Shown here in pieces: positions 9,782-18,686 of a DNA stretch of 47,030 bases. Both the position numbers and the translations under genes were made by a program. How positions within the stretch are numbered: position 1 is the first letter of the stretch; every line of letters begins with the position of its first letter. This DNA is from a virus (lineage: Duplodnaviria; Caudoviricetes): IMG/VR virus record IMGVR_UViG_3300019996_000002, positions 1 through 47,030 of that record; one strand, written 5' to 3'. The notes beneath the pieces were generated by a model that saw only the letters and a list, made by a program, of their open reading frames with translations, ran no database searches and was not told where the DNA came from.

Positions 9782-10134
9782 CGGACGCGATCGCGATTGC
9801 CTTGATCGGCGGGACGCCGTTGACGATTGCCTCGATCGGCGTGCTCTACGTCCAGCTCACCACGCGCGGCAAGGTCGAGACGATTCAGGGCCACGTCAAC
9901 AGCGAGCGGACCCAGCTACTCGGCGAGGTCAGCTCGCTCCGCATCGAGAACGCGCTCCTACGAGAGATCATCCTCGACAAGACGGCGACCGCGGCGCTTC
10001 TGGCGCAAGCCGTCGCGACCCGGGCGCATGCGGTCCGCTCGACGGATGGCCCGGCGGCCGTCGTCGTCGTCCAGCCTGGGACCACGCCGGCGCCGGCGGC
10101 GACAGAGCCGTTGATCATCCCCTCGACATCTTGA
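9778..10134 (+). CDS. N-terminal TM plus coiled-coil membrane protein (holin/spanin-like candidate)
   Basis: ATGA coupling with the previous stop. MTDAIAIALIGGTPLTIASIGVLYV hydrophobic N-terminus, then coiled coil. The true start is internal to track ORF 9391. Confidence 0.6.
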   Translation: MTDAIAIALIGGTPLTIASIGVLYVQLTTRGKVETIQGHVNSERTQLLGEVSSLRIENALLREIILDKTATAALLAQAVATRAHAVRSTDGPAAVVVVQPGTTPAPAATEPLIIPSTS

Positions 10135-10159
10135 CAAGAAGGCGGCCGGCCGGTAGACT
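10125..10159 (+). promoter_or_regulatory. Sigma70-type promoter with operator
   Basis: GACATCTTG-A-CAAGAAGGC at 10125-10143; TTGACA (10131), 17 bp, TAGACT (10154-10159). Confidence 0.8.
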
Positions 10160-10182
10160 CCCGCACAGAAAGGGACTACCGA

Positions 10183-10593
10183 ATGGCACCTCTCGAGCCG
10201 CTAGTCGACACTGAGCGCTGCGAATCGTCCAACCTCTCGACCTACGGCTACTCGCCGGAGCGTCGCACCTTGGCCGTCTCGATGAAGACGGGCGAGCTGT
10301 ATCAGTATCATGACGTCCCGCCGGCGCTCTGGGCCGCGTTCCAGAAGGCACCAAGCAAGGGCACATTCTACGGCCGCGCGGTCCGCGGCAAGTTCGACGG
10401 GATCAAACTCACCGGCCATTGTCCGAAGTGCGGCGCGCTGGGGATCGTCGGCGTCAACTGCGAGGACTGCGGGACCGCGGAGGTCGTCGCGGATCCGATG
10501 AAGCCAAAGCGCCGGAGCAAGGCGGACGAGCGCGATCTTGACCTGCAGATCGACCGGATCGCGGAGCACCTTGCACCAGACCCGCGGGACTGA
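10183..10593 (+). CDS. KTSC domain protein with C-terminal zinc ribbon
   Basis: ESSNL..YGY...L.V....G.LYQYHDVP...W..F..APSKGTFY is the KTSC pattern. Followed by CPKC...CEDC. Confidence 0.85.
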   Translation: MAPLEPLVDTERCESSNLSTYGYSPERRTLAVSMKTGELYQYHDVPPALWAAFQKAPSKGTFYGRAVRGKFDGIKLTGHCPKCGALGIVGVNCEDCGTAEVVADPMKPKRRSKADERDLDLQIDRIAEHLAPDPRD

Positions 10594-10624
10594 GTAGACT
10601 GCCTTGACTTTAGAGCAAGAAGTC
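10571..10624 (+). promoter_or_regulatory. Putative promoter with downstream operator
   Basis: TTGCAC (10571), 18 bp, TAGACT (10595-10600). GACTTTAGA-G-CAAGAAGTC at 10606-10624 has a perfect right arm. Confidence 0.55.
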
Positions 10625-10750
10625 GCAAGGCGGAAGGCACGCTATCAGGCTCGCCGGCGCAAGGGGATCTGTATCCAATGCCCGACGCGGACCCTGTTCT
10701 CGAGATGCCTGATCCATCGTCTTGATCACAGGAGCAGGAGAGTATCCCGC

Positions 10751-10999
10751 ATGACCAAACCAAGGACCGGATCGCGGGCGCGTATGGGCCGGCCGTCCGT
10801 GTTCCAACCCAAAGACGGCGCTCGCGTGCAGGGCGTCCTGACCAAGACCGGCGCTGATCGGTTCGAGGCCGCGCGGCGGAAGCTCGCGAAGCTCGCGCCG
10901 CATGTGAAGATCGTCAGCGACGCCGACGTGATCGAATACCTGGCACGCGGCGAGACCATCACCGTCGCCTACATCGCGGCGCACGGACCAGGAGCGTAA
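10751..10999 (+). CDS. Small DNA-binding protein, ribbon-helix-helix-like; candidate repressor
   Basis: AGGAG RBS at 10736-10740. MGRP arm, then strand (RVQGVLT), helix (ADRFEAARRKL) and helix (SDADVIEYLAR). An in-frame TTG at 10604 would add a CxxC...C..H N-terminal segment. Confidence 0.55.
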   Translation: MTKPRTGSRARMGRPSVFQPKDGARVQGVLTKTGADRFEAARRKLAKLAPHVKIVSDADVIEYLARGETITVAYIAAHGPGA

Positions 11000-11007
11000 A
11001 CGAAGAA

Positions 11008-11040
11008 ACGCCCGGCAGGCGGCGAAACCTGACCGGGCGT
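11008..11040. terminator. Hairpin, possible terminator
   Basis: ACGCCCGG-CAGG...CCTG-A-CCGGGCGT directly after the 10999 stop. An upstream A-rich run gives a U tract on the minus strand. Confidence 0.5.
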
Positions 11041-11096
11041 CTCAACAGGAGGAGCTGACGACAGAAGCAGTCAGCATCCTACCAGAAAGCAGACCC

Positions 11097-12002
11097 ATGA
11101 AAAAGAAGACGAAGCGGCGCAAGCCGTCGACGGCGCTCGCGCGTCGGCCGCCGGCGGCGCTGCAGCTCGACCCGCAGCTCGGGCCGATCGAGCGCCTGGC
11201 GCGCGACAAGAACCTGACCGTCGACAAGCTCGAGCGACTCATCGCAGCGACCGAGCGGATCCAGAAGGCGAAGGCGGAGGCCGCCTACTGGCGCGACTTC
11301 GACACGATGAAACCGCATTTGCCGGTCATCACCAAGCGCGGCATCATCAGAGGGAAGGCCGAGGAGAAGGGCAAGAAGGGACCGATTCAATCCCGCTATG
11401 CGAAGTTCGAGGACATCCAGACGGCGATCGCGCCGATCCTCCCGCGGTTCGGATTCGTCTACAGCTACCGGACCGAATGGCCGGCGCCGGCCGTGCTCTG
11501 CATCGTCTGCCGGCTGAAGCATCGCGAGGGGCATTTCGAGGAGAGCCGCTTTCAGTCGCCGGCGGACGCGAGCGGCGGCAAGAACGCGATCCAAGGGCTC
11601 GGCTCCGCCAACAGCTACGGCAAGCGCTACACCATCAAGGATCTGCTCGACCTGCAGGAGCAGGGCGTCGACGACGACGGCAACCTCGCGAGCATCCTCG
11701 AGCCAAAGGATCCCAACGTGATCGATGCGGAGACCGTCCCGCCGGCGGGACCGCGGGACGCGCACCATTCCCAGAGCACGGAACCGATCACTGAGCCGCA
11801 ACGCAAGCGGCTGCTCGGCATCATCAAGAACAGCGGCCGGATCGAGCGCGACGTCCTGATCTGGATCGGCAAGACCTACCACGTCGACAAACTGTCAGCG
11901 CTCAGGCGCTGCGACTACGACGCAGCCGTCGCGGCGGTCGAGTCGCCGGCGGAGCTGCCGAAGCCGAAACCAAAAGACCGACAACCAGGAGAGGACGGTT
12001 AG
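11097..12002 (+). CDS. erf: ERF-family single-strand annealing recombinase
   Basis: YAKFEDI and the ERF signature QGLGSANSYGKRY followed by DDDG. Confidence 0.88.
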   Translation: MKKKTKRRKPSTALARRPPAALQLDPQLGPIERLARDKNLTVDKLERLIAATERIQKAKAEAAYWRDFDTMKPHLPVITKRGIIRGKAEEKGKKGPIQSRYAKFEDIQTAIAPILPRFGFVYSYRTEWPAPAVLCIVCRLKHREGHFEESRFQSPADASGGKNAIQGLGSANSYGKRYTIKDLLDLQEQGVDDDGNLASILEPKDPNVIDAETVPPAGPRDAHHSQSTEPITEPQRKRLLGIIKNSGRIERDVLIWIGKTYHVDKLSALRRCDYDAAVAAVESPAELPKPKPKDRQPGEDG

Positions 12003-12004
12003 CT

Positions 12005-12250
12005 ATGCTCGATCGATTCAAGCCGGAGGACGTCGCGAACATGCTCGCGCTCGAGCAGCAGCTCAAGGTTGTGTTTGACCGAGCGGAGCATCAGAACCTC
12101 GAGCCGGCCGTCGCGATCTTCGCGATGATGCGCTTGTCGCGGAGCATGCTCGAGATGTATCCAGACCTGGCGCGGACGGCGCTGCTCTCGGCGATCATGC
12201 CGTTTCTCCGCAATGACCAGGTCAACGTGACGGATCTATGGCTGCGGTAG
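12005..12250 (+). CDS. Hypothetical protein
   Basis: Tightly packed between erf and the nuclease; normal composition. Confidence 0.7.
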   Translation: MLDRFKPEDVANMLALEQQLKVVFDRAEHQNLEPAVAIFAMMRLSRSMLEMYPDLARTALLSAIMPFLRNDQVNVTDLWLR

Positions 12251-12828
12251 CGTCGGCCGTCTTTCGGTTCGACCAGGTCCGACACGAATACATCGACCCG
12301 GGCAGCGGCGAGCAGTATCCGCACATCACGGGCATGCTCGAGGCCGCCGGCCACGTCGACAGCGAATGGTTCACCGAGGACAGCCGGATCCGCGGCTCCG
12401 CGGTTCACCGGCTGACCGCGGACTACGACCTGGGCGCACTCGACTTGGAGAGCTGCGTCTCGCGCTACCGCGGCTACCTGCTCGCGCATGCGTTTGCGAT
12501 GGACGTCATGAAGCCGGAGATCCTCGAGGTCGAGCAGCCGCGCGTGCACGCGGCCATGCACTACGGCGGCCGGCCGGATCGCGTGTGGCGCTACGACGGC
12601 CGGCTCGCCATTCCGGAGATCAAGAGCGGCGACTACGAGAAGTCACACCCGATCCAGACGGCGCTGCAGGCGGTCCTGGTCGCGCCGGAGTATGGCATCC
12701 CGCCGGAGCTGTTCGAGCGCTACGGCATCTACCTGAAGGCCAACGGCCGCGCGAAGGTCGAGCGGTTCGACGACCGTCGCGACTTCGACGAAGCCATGAG
12801 GATCATTAAACGATGCTGCCAATTCTAG
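12238..12828 (+). CDS. PD-(D/E)XK exonuclease (RecB/Cas4-like, recombination partner of ERF)
   Basis: RGSAVH, EVEQ, YGGRPDRV, EIKSG, QTALQ motifs. Confidence 0.85.
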   Translation: MAAVASAVFRFDQVRHEYIDPGSGEQYPHITGMLEAAGHVDSEWFTEDSRIRGSAVHRLTADYDLGALDLESCVSRYRGYLLAHAFAMDVMKPEILEVEQPRVHAAMHYGGRPDRVWRYDGRLAIPEIKSGDYEKSHPIQTALQAVLVAPEYGIPPELFERYGIYLKANGRAKVERFDDRRDFDEAMRIIKRCCQF

Positions 12829-12959
12829 GAGTTGGGGCGTTCCTGGCCGGCTGGCTGATCTGGGGCGGCGTCATCGCCTACCGGCTCGCGCGGCACATCA
12901 ACAAAGGCAAGGTCTCGGACGCCTGGCGGGCCGAGCACAGAGGAAGAAAAGACCAATGA
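12813..12959 (+). CDS. Small single-pass membrane protein (48 aa; not in ORF track)
   Basis: MLPILGVGAFLAGWLIWGGVIAYRLARHINKGKVSDAWRAEHRGRKDQ. Fills the gap, and its stop overlaps the next ATG (ATGA). Confidence 0.7.
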   Translation: MLPILGVGAFLAGWLIWGGVIAYRLARHINKGKVSDAWRAEHRGRKDQ

Positions 12960-13513
12960 CTGAGGGATGGCCGCCACGATGGGAGGGTCCGCAATTCAAA
13001 CAGGCGCCGGGCTCGGCGAAGGTGAAGCGCGGCAAGAAACGGGAAGCTCGAGCCGACCGGGAGGACGCCAAAAAGATCGAGGTCCGGCTGCGCGATCGCT
13101 ACTGCCGGTTCCCGCTCTGCGGCTGCAAGCGGTTCCAGCTCACGCTGACCGAGGTCAGCCACAGCAAGCATAAGGGCATGGGCGGCAACCCGGCCGAGGA
13201 CCGCTCAGACCCGGAGAGTATGGTCCTGCTCTGCGACGCGCGGCACAAGGCGAACAAGTTCAGCGTCGACCGCAAAACGCTGCGCTGGCGCGCGCTGACC
13301 AGGTCGGGCAGCGACGGGCCGATCGCCTGGTCGATCGACACGCGCGAGCTGCGGAACATCAAGCGGACGCCGGCGCTGATTCACCTGGCGATCGAGAACC
13401 TGCCGGCCGGCCGATGGTTCGAGCTGGCGGTCGAGACCGGGATCCACACCTACGAGCCGACGTCGGCGGAGCAGTCGGCGATCCTTGCCTGGCTCCGCGG
13501 AATGGATTACTGA
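12956..13513 (+). CDS. HNH-like zinc-binding nuclease
   Basis: RDRYCRFPLC...EVSH..H.GMGG...LLCDARH treble-clef pattern. Confidence 0.6.
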   Translation: MTEGWPPRWEGPQFKQAPGSAKVKRGKKREARADREDAKKIEVRLRDRYCRFPLCGCKRFQLTLTEVSHSKHKGMGGNPAEDRSDPESMVLLCDARHKANKFSVDRKTLRWRALTRSGSDGPIAWSIDTRELRNIKRTPALIHLAIENLPAGRWFELAVETGIHTYEPTSAEQSAILAWLRGMDY

Positions 13514-13737
13514 TGGACAGCTACGGCGTCGGACACCGCAAGGAAGTCGAGAAGCCGAAGACCAGGAAGCAGCGCAAGACGCAGCTCGCGCGCGAAGCGC
13601 TGGCCGCGGCGCTGCAGCTCAGAGAGGCGCGCGACCATCTGCGCGGGCTCACCCTGCAGGGCAGTCCGCTCGAACGGGCGCTCGAGCGCGGCGCCGACCT
13701 GCTCGAGCAAATGGCGCGCGAGGACTGGCGCGGCTGA
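13513..13737 (+). CDS. Hypothetical protein
   Basis: TGATG coupling with the previous gene; MDSYGVGHRK...EDWRG. Confidence 0.65.
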   Translation: MDSYGVGHRKEVEKPKTRKQRKTQLAREALAAALQLREARDHLRGLTLQGSPLERALERGADLLEQMAREDWRG

Positions 13738-13770
13738 CATCTTGACAACAAGTCGCGCCGGCTGTATACT
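13736..13770 (+). promoter_or_regulatory. Strong sigma70-type promoter with operator
   Basis: GACATCTTG-A-CAACAAGTC at 13736-13754; TTGACA (13742), 17 bp, TATACT (13765-13770); AGGAGG RBS before ATG 13792. Confidence 0.88.
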
Positions 13771-13791
13771 CCGCAACCAGGAGGAGACAGT

Positions 13792-14817
13792 ATGGCAAAG
13801 CGACAGAGCAGCAAGGCGACGCCGGCGACCGAGCCGGACATCATCGACGTCGGCGGTCCCGCGGAGGCGATGAGCGAGGATCTGCAGCTCGCGACGACGG
13901 CCGGCGAAGCCGTCCGCGAGTTCATGCGCGGCATCCGGCAATTCTTCACGACGGCCGACACGCTCGAGGCGACGGCGCTCGCGCGGCTCACCGAGGCGAA
14001 GGCGCTCAAGGCCAAGCCGCCGACGAACGAAGCCGAGGATCTGGCCGTCCAGAAGTTCATCCGGCAGACGTCGGCCGACAACAAGGCGGTTGTCGAGCAC
14101 TGGAAGATCACGACGACGATCGCGGCGTTCCACAAGCGCATGACCGGCAAGCGGAAGCTCGCGACCGACGCGCTCGACGAAGCGAACAAGATCGGCAACG
14201 AGCTGCATAACGCCTACGAGAAGGAGGAGGAGCGCAAGGCCAAGGCCGAGCAGGAGCGGCTGCGGCTCGAGGAGGAGCAGAAGGAAATTGACCGGCGGCA
14301 GCGCGAGCAGGACAACCTCGAGGCCGAAGCCATCCGGCGCGAGGAGTCGATGGCCGAGCTGACGCAGCGCGAGCAGACGTTCGTCGAGCTGTATCTGGCG
14401 CGCGGCGACGGGCTCAGCGCGGCACGGTCGGCCGGGTTCAAGCTGCCGGCGAAGGACGCGGCGCGGCTGCTCACGCTGAAGAAGATTCAGGACGCGATCG
14501 CGGCGAAGCGGTCGGCCGCGGAAATCCGCCGGCAGGCCGAAGCGATCAAGCAGCAGCCGATCGTCGTCGACACGCCGGAAGTCAGGCCGAATGTCGTCAG
14601 GGCGGCCGGCAGCTTTCAGAAGAAGACGCCGGCGAGCGCCGAGCTGCTCGACGAGGCCGGACTGATCGAGGCGATTTTCTCCGGCAAATATGGGATCCCG
14701 CGGACGATTCTGAAGATCGACCAGGTCGCACTCAACCAGCAGGCGCGCGACCTGGGCGCGCTGATCAACAAGTGGCCGGGCGTCCGGTTCGTCGACGGCG
14801 AAAGGAAACTCTACTAA
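13792..14817 (+). CDS. Coiled-coil early protein with embedded TerS-like helix-turn-helix
   Basis: Long E/K/R coiled coil containing LTQREQTFVELYL....G..AARSAGF....AARLL....IQDAI. C-terminal ID..ALN...WPGVRF tail. Confidence 0.65.
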   Translation: MAKRQSSKATPATEPDIIDVGGPAEAMSEDLQLATTAGEAVREFMRGIRQFFTTADTLEATALARLTEAKALKAKPPTNEAEDLAVQKFIRQTSADNKAVVEHWKITTTIAAFHKRMTGKRKLATDALDEANKIGNELHNAYEKEEERKAKAEQERLRLEEEQKEIDRRQREQDNLEAEAIRREESMAELTQREQTFVELYLARGDGLSAARSAGFKLPAKDAARLLTLKKIQDAIAAKRSAAEIRRQAEAIKQQPIVVDTPEVRPNVVRAAGSFQKKTPASAELLDEAGLIEAIFSGKYGIPRTILKIDQVALNQQARDLGALINKWPGVRFVDGERKLY

Positions 14818-15332
14818 TGAAGTTTGGAACAGAGACAGTCGGTAAGCACGCGATCGCGGTCGAGATCGACGGCCGCGGGACGTTCAGCGCTGAGTTCAAC
14901 GATGAAGACTTCAGCGCGCCAACACACAAGGAGCTGGTCGAGATGCTCCGGAAGGCCGTCCGCAAGGCGAGCAAGGTCAAGCCGGTCGAGGTCACGATAC
15001 TCGGCCTGGTGCCGAAGACGGTCCGCAAAAGCTGGGACAACGAGCTTTTCATCGACGGCGCCGGCACGATCGACGCGCAGCTCCGCGGCCGGCACTCGCG
15101 CAACAGGGTCTATCTGCTCAAGACCGAGAACGGCAGCAAGTTTCAGCTCAGCGAATACGGGCGCAAGGAGAGGCCGATCGTCCGGCGGCTGACCGAGGTC
15201 GAGAAGCAGCAGTATCTGACGCTGCTCGAGGCGCAGCGCGTCGCGGCGACGGCGCTCGAGGACTTCATCGGCGAGGTTTCGATCAATCCGGACCAGGCGC
15301 TCGCGGCGGCGGCGAAAGCGGGAGGCGAGTAA
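14817..15332 (+). CDS. Hypothetical protein
   Basis: TAATG coupling; start MKFGTETVG; phage-typical codon usage. Confidence 0.75.
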   Translation: MKFGTETVGKHAIAVEIDGRGTFSAEFNDEDFSAPTHKELVEMLRKAVRKASKVKPVEVTILGLVPKTVRKSWDNELFIDGAGTIDAQLRGRHSRNRVYLLKTENGSKFQLSEYGRKERPIVRRLTEVEKQQYLTLLEAQRVAATALEDFIGEVSINPDQALAAAAKAGGE

Positions 15333-15652
15333 TGGACGACACGCTCCCGACAGACGACTACAGCAAGACGCTTCGCAGCCTGGTCGCGCATCCTGGCGCG
15401 GTCGAGCGCGCGAGCACGATCGAGCTGACCGACTTCTACGGCAACCAGGAGACATGGGTCGTCAAGACGGTCCGCGTCGACGGACGCGATACCGTGTTCC
15501 TGCAGCGCATCAACGCCGGCGGCGGCTCGCGCTGGGTCTTGCCGGCGGAGATCACCGATGCGATCAGCCGGCAGCGCGACAGCGCGGTCAGCACGATCCG
15601 GAAGCGCGCGGCGCGAGCTGGGGCAGCGACCAGACGGGCGGCGAAGAAGTGA
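15332..15652 (+). CDS. Hypothetical protein
   Basis: TAATG coupling; GGAGG upstream; basic C-terminus. Confidence 0.75.
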   Translation: MDDTLPTDDYSKTLRSLVAHPGAVERASTIELTDFYGNQETWVVKTVRVDGRDTVFLQRINAGGGSRWVLPAEITDAISRQRDSAVSTIRKRAARAGAATRRAAKK

Positions 15653-17556
15653 CAGGGGAAGGGGCGGCCGTCGCCCCAACCCAACGCCCCTACCAGCTCG
15701 CAGCGTCGGAAGCGCTCGAGCGGACGTTCTTCGACCTGGGTCAGAACCGGGCGCTGATCAAGAAACCGACCGGGACCGGCAAGACGGTTTGGTTTGCGAA
15801 CCTGCTCAAGCTGCCGCGGCTCGGCGAGTGGGTCTCGAGCTTCAAGCAGAAGGGCGCGACGCTCCTGGTCATCGCGCATCGGGAGGAGCTGCTCGACCAG
15901 GCGGCCGACAAGATCCGGCGGGCCAACCCAAAGCTCATGGTCGACATCGAGCAGGGCGACCGGCATGCGAGCCACTACGCCGACGTCGTCATCGCGTCGA
16001 TTCAGACGCTATCGGCCGGCAAGGGCGCGGCTCGCTTCCGCCGGCTGAAACGGTTCATGGTGTGGCACACGCCGCGGATCGTCGTCGTCGACGAAGCACA
16101 CCACGCCGCGGCCAAGAGCTACCGGACGGCGCTCGCGATGCTCGGCTTTCTCCCGAAGGCCGACATCAGCGACCAGGACAACATCGAGGCGGCGACGCAT
16201 GACGACGTCGTCGAGATGGAGAAGGCGCTCGCCGGCTGGGACGCGATCGCGCCGAAGGACCGGCTGCTCATCGGCGTCACGGCGACGCCTAATCGATCGG
16301 ACGCGGTCGGCCTGGGCTGTGTGTTCCAGACGATCGCGTTCTCGTATCCGCTCAAGCAGGCGATCAACGACGGCTGGCTGACGCCGATCACGTCCTGGGC
16401 GATCGACACCAAGACGTCGCTCGAGGGCGTCCGGACAACGGCCGGCGACTTCAATCAGAAGGAGCTGGCGGAGGCGGTCAACAACGCGGCGCGCAACCAG
16501 CAGGCGCTCGCAGCCTGGCGCGAGCACGCGGACGGCATCCCAACGATCGGCTTTACGGTCGACGTCGCGCACGCGCACGAAGTCGCGGCACTGTTCGCGG
16601 CGGACGGCGTCAAGGCCGTCGCGCTGAGCGGCGAGACGCCGCGCGAGGACCGGCGGCGCATCCTCCGGCAGTTCGAGGAAGGGACGATCGAAGTCGTTTT
16701 CAATTGCATGGTCCTGACCGAAGGGACGGACCTACCGCGGACCGGCTGCATCCTGCATCTCAAGCCGACGAAGTCGCCGACGCTCTACGAGCAAATGACC
16801 GGCCGCGGGCTCCGGCCGCATCCCGACGATCCGAAGGGACCGGAGCGGCTCGAGGCGCTCGAGCGCGGCGAGACGTTCATCAAACGCGACTGCATCGTGA
16901 TCGACCTGGTCGACCTGTCGCGCCGGCATAGCCTGCAGACGGCGCCGGTTCTCTACGGGCTGCCGCCGACGCTGATCGCCAAGGGCGACGACCTGCGACA
17001 GATGGAGGAGAAGCTCGAGGAGCTGCTCGCGAAGTATCCCGGCTTCGACGTCAACGAAGCCGGCCGGCTGACGCTCGAGCAGCTCAACGCGAAGGCGAGC
17101 CTGATCGACGTCTGGGCGATCCCTGAGCTGGGCGCATTCGGGAAGGGCCGAGCGCTCGATTGGGTCAAGTTCGCGGAGGACAGCTACCAACTTCAATACC
17201 CCTGGGCGGACGGCATCGAGACGATCACGGTCATGCGCGACCTGCTCGGCAAGTTCGAGGTGGTCTGTTCGCTGCGGCCGAAGGAAGGGCCGGCCACGGT
17301 CCGGCAGCGCACGCTGGCGAACGGCGTGCCGAGCGCTGACGCGGCGGCCGGGCTCGCCGAGGCGTTCGTCCTGCAGGAACGTCGCAGCGTTATGAAGCTC
17401 GCCGGCAAGGATGAGGATTGGAAGAAGCGGCCGGCGTCCGAAAAGCAGAAGGGTCTACTGCGCCGGCTTCGCGTCCCGCTGCCGGCCGGGCCGTTGACGA
17501 TGGGGCAAGCCGGACGGCTGATCGATCTGGCATTCGCACGAAAAGGGAGACGTTGA
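15649..17556 (+). CDS. Superfamily 2 DEAH-box helicase
   Basis: GTGA coupling. RPYQ, PTGTGKT, IAHREELLDQ, VVDEAHH, VTATP, VLTEGTDLP, QMTGRGLR motifs. Confidence 0.93.
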   Translation: MTGEGAAVAPTQRPYQLAASEALERTFFDLGQNRALIKKPTGTGKTVWFANLLKLPRLGEWVSSFKQKGATLLVIAHREELLDQAADKIRRANPKLMVDIEQGDRHASHYADVVIASIQTLSAGKGAARFRRLKRFMVWHTPRIVVVDEAHHAAAKSYRTALAMLGFLPKADISDQDNIEAATHDDVVEMEKALAGWDAIAPKDRLLIGVTATPNRSDAVGLGCVFQTIAFSYPLKQAINDGWLTPITSWAIDTKTSLEGVRTTAGDFNQKELAEAVNNAARNQQALAAWREHADGIPTIGFTVDVAHAHEVAALFAADGVKAVALSGETPREDRRRILRQFEEGTIEVVFNCMVLTEGTDLPRTGCILHLKPTKSPTLYEQMTGRGLRPHPDDPKGPERLEALERGETFIKRDCIVIDLVDLSRRHSLQTAPVLYGLPPTLIAKGDDLRQMEEKLEELLAKYPGFDVNEAGRLTLEQLNAKASLIDVWAIPELGAFGKGRALDWVKFAEDSYQLQYPWADGIETITVMRDLLGKFEVVCSLRPKEGPATVRQRTLANGVPSADAAAGLAEAFVLQERRSVMKLAGKDEDWKKRPASEKQKGLLRRLRVPLPAGPLTMGQAGRLIDLAFARKGRR

Positions 17557-17557
17557 G

Positions 17558-17803
17558 ATGTGGATTTTGCTGACACCGAGAGAGGTCGAGCTGCTCGAGC
17601 GGCGAGTAACCGGCGGCGACAACGCGGCGATCATGCGGACGGTCCAGACCCGGATCGACCGCGTCACGGGCGAGCTGACACTCTCGGACGATGAGATGGA
17701 GATGGTCCGCGCCGGCGCTCGAGACTGGCGCGGCGGCTACGAAAAGCAGTTCAAGGCGCTGCTCGCGGCGGCCGACCGGCATACTACATCTGGTAGGTCT
17801 TGA
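17558..17803 (+). CDS. Hypothetical protein
   Basis: Directly follows the helicase; GGAG upstream. Confidence 0.7.
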   Translation: MWILLTPREVELLERRVTGGDNAAIMRTVQTRIDRVTGELTLSDDEMEMVRAGARDWRGGYEKQFKALLAAADRHTTSGRS

Positions 17804-18236
17804 TCTTTTGGAGCGGACGGAACGAAGAATGTGCAGCCGGCGAGTTGGAAGCTGCCGGCTGCACTGACCGCGTCGTAGCTGAGACTACGAGGCAATCATC
17901 GGGCGGCTCGAGACCCGATCTTACCTCATCCCCTCACCCTACAGCGCACCCGACCGACGCGAGTCGGCCGAAGGCCGAGCGGCTGCGACTGCCTGGCCTG
18001 GGCGCTCCAACGCTTCCCATATCGCACTGTCACCGGACCCAGCGCAGGCGAGATCCGGCGGTTCCAGCTTCGCGCCGAAAAGCTGACAAACAAATCCGCG
18101 GAAGTGCGCTGCTGGACATCTTCGCGCCGCGGTCCCGATCCCGTCGTGCAGGGTGTAGGGTTTGGTTTTTTTCGGGTTTCCTTCAGAGGGAATCGGGAAA
18201 AAAAGATGTCCGTCGTTTGTTCACAGGGAGGGGCTA
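17804..18236. other. Largest non-coding region; putative replication origin or structured RNA
   Basis: Lies between the helicase cluster and the replication genes. Perfect 11-bp inverted repeat 17831-17864, short hairpin 17873-17890, T7/A7-closed hairpin 18166-18204. Confidence 0.5.
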
Positions 18237-18686
18237 ATGGCAGATGAGGCACGGGCGACGCTGGCGAAGCTCGCGAAGCTACACGAAAAATGGTTCGAGC
18301 TGGCCGAGCAGATGGCGGCGATCAACGACGAAGTCAAGAACCTGCTCGCCGGCGGACCAGGGATCGGCGAGCTGCTCAAACGGCTGCAGCGGCATTACTC
18401 GGAGTGCTGGCAGGTCCGCTACCGCGGCGAGTATGTGTTCGAGTTCAAGAAGGACGTCCCGAATCTGAAGCGGCTGATCAGCAAGCTCGGCGTCGAGGAG
18501 GTCGAGCGCCGGATGCTCCGGTATCTGCAGAACGAGGATCCCTACTTCATGAAGGCGCGGCACGGCTTCGGCCTGTTCGTCGCGACCATCAACCAGCACG
18601 CCGCGGCCGGCAGCGCGGCGCTCGAGCAAGACCTGCAGGATGAGGTCGACCAGACGGAGAGCCTGCTCCGGCAGCGGCAGCGATGA
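18237..18686 (+). CDS. Putative replication initiator/helicase loader
   Basis: GGAGG RBS, start MADEARATL. Helical protein translationally coupled (ATGA) to dnaB. Confidence 0.55.
   Translation: MADEARATLAKLAKLHEKWFELAEQMAAINDEVKNLLAGGPGIGELLKRLQRHYSECWQVRYRGEYVFEFKKDVPNLKRLISKLGVEEVERRMLRYLQNEDPYFMKARHGFGLFVATINQHAAAGSAALEQDLQDEVDQTESLLRQRQR

Noticed and set aside
12238-12828. Cas4/CRISPR association of the PD-(D/E)XK nuclease
   Set aside because: No CRISPR array or other cas genes and no four-Cys cluster pattern; its position beside erf indicates a recombination exonuclease.
17800-18252. ORFs 17800-18237 (+) and 17926-18252 (-)
   Set aside because: Atypical composition, no RBS, and they overlap hairpins and homopolymer runs; more likely non-coding.
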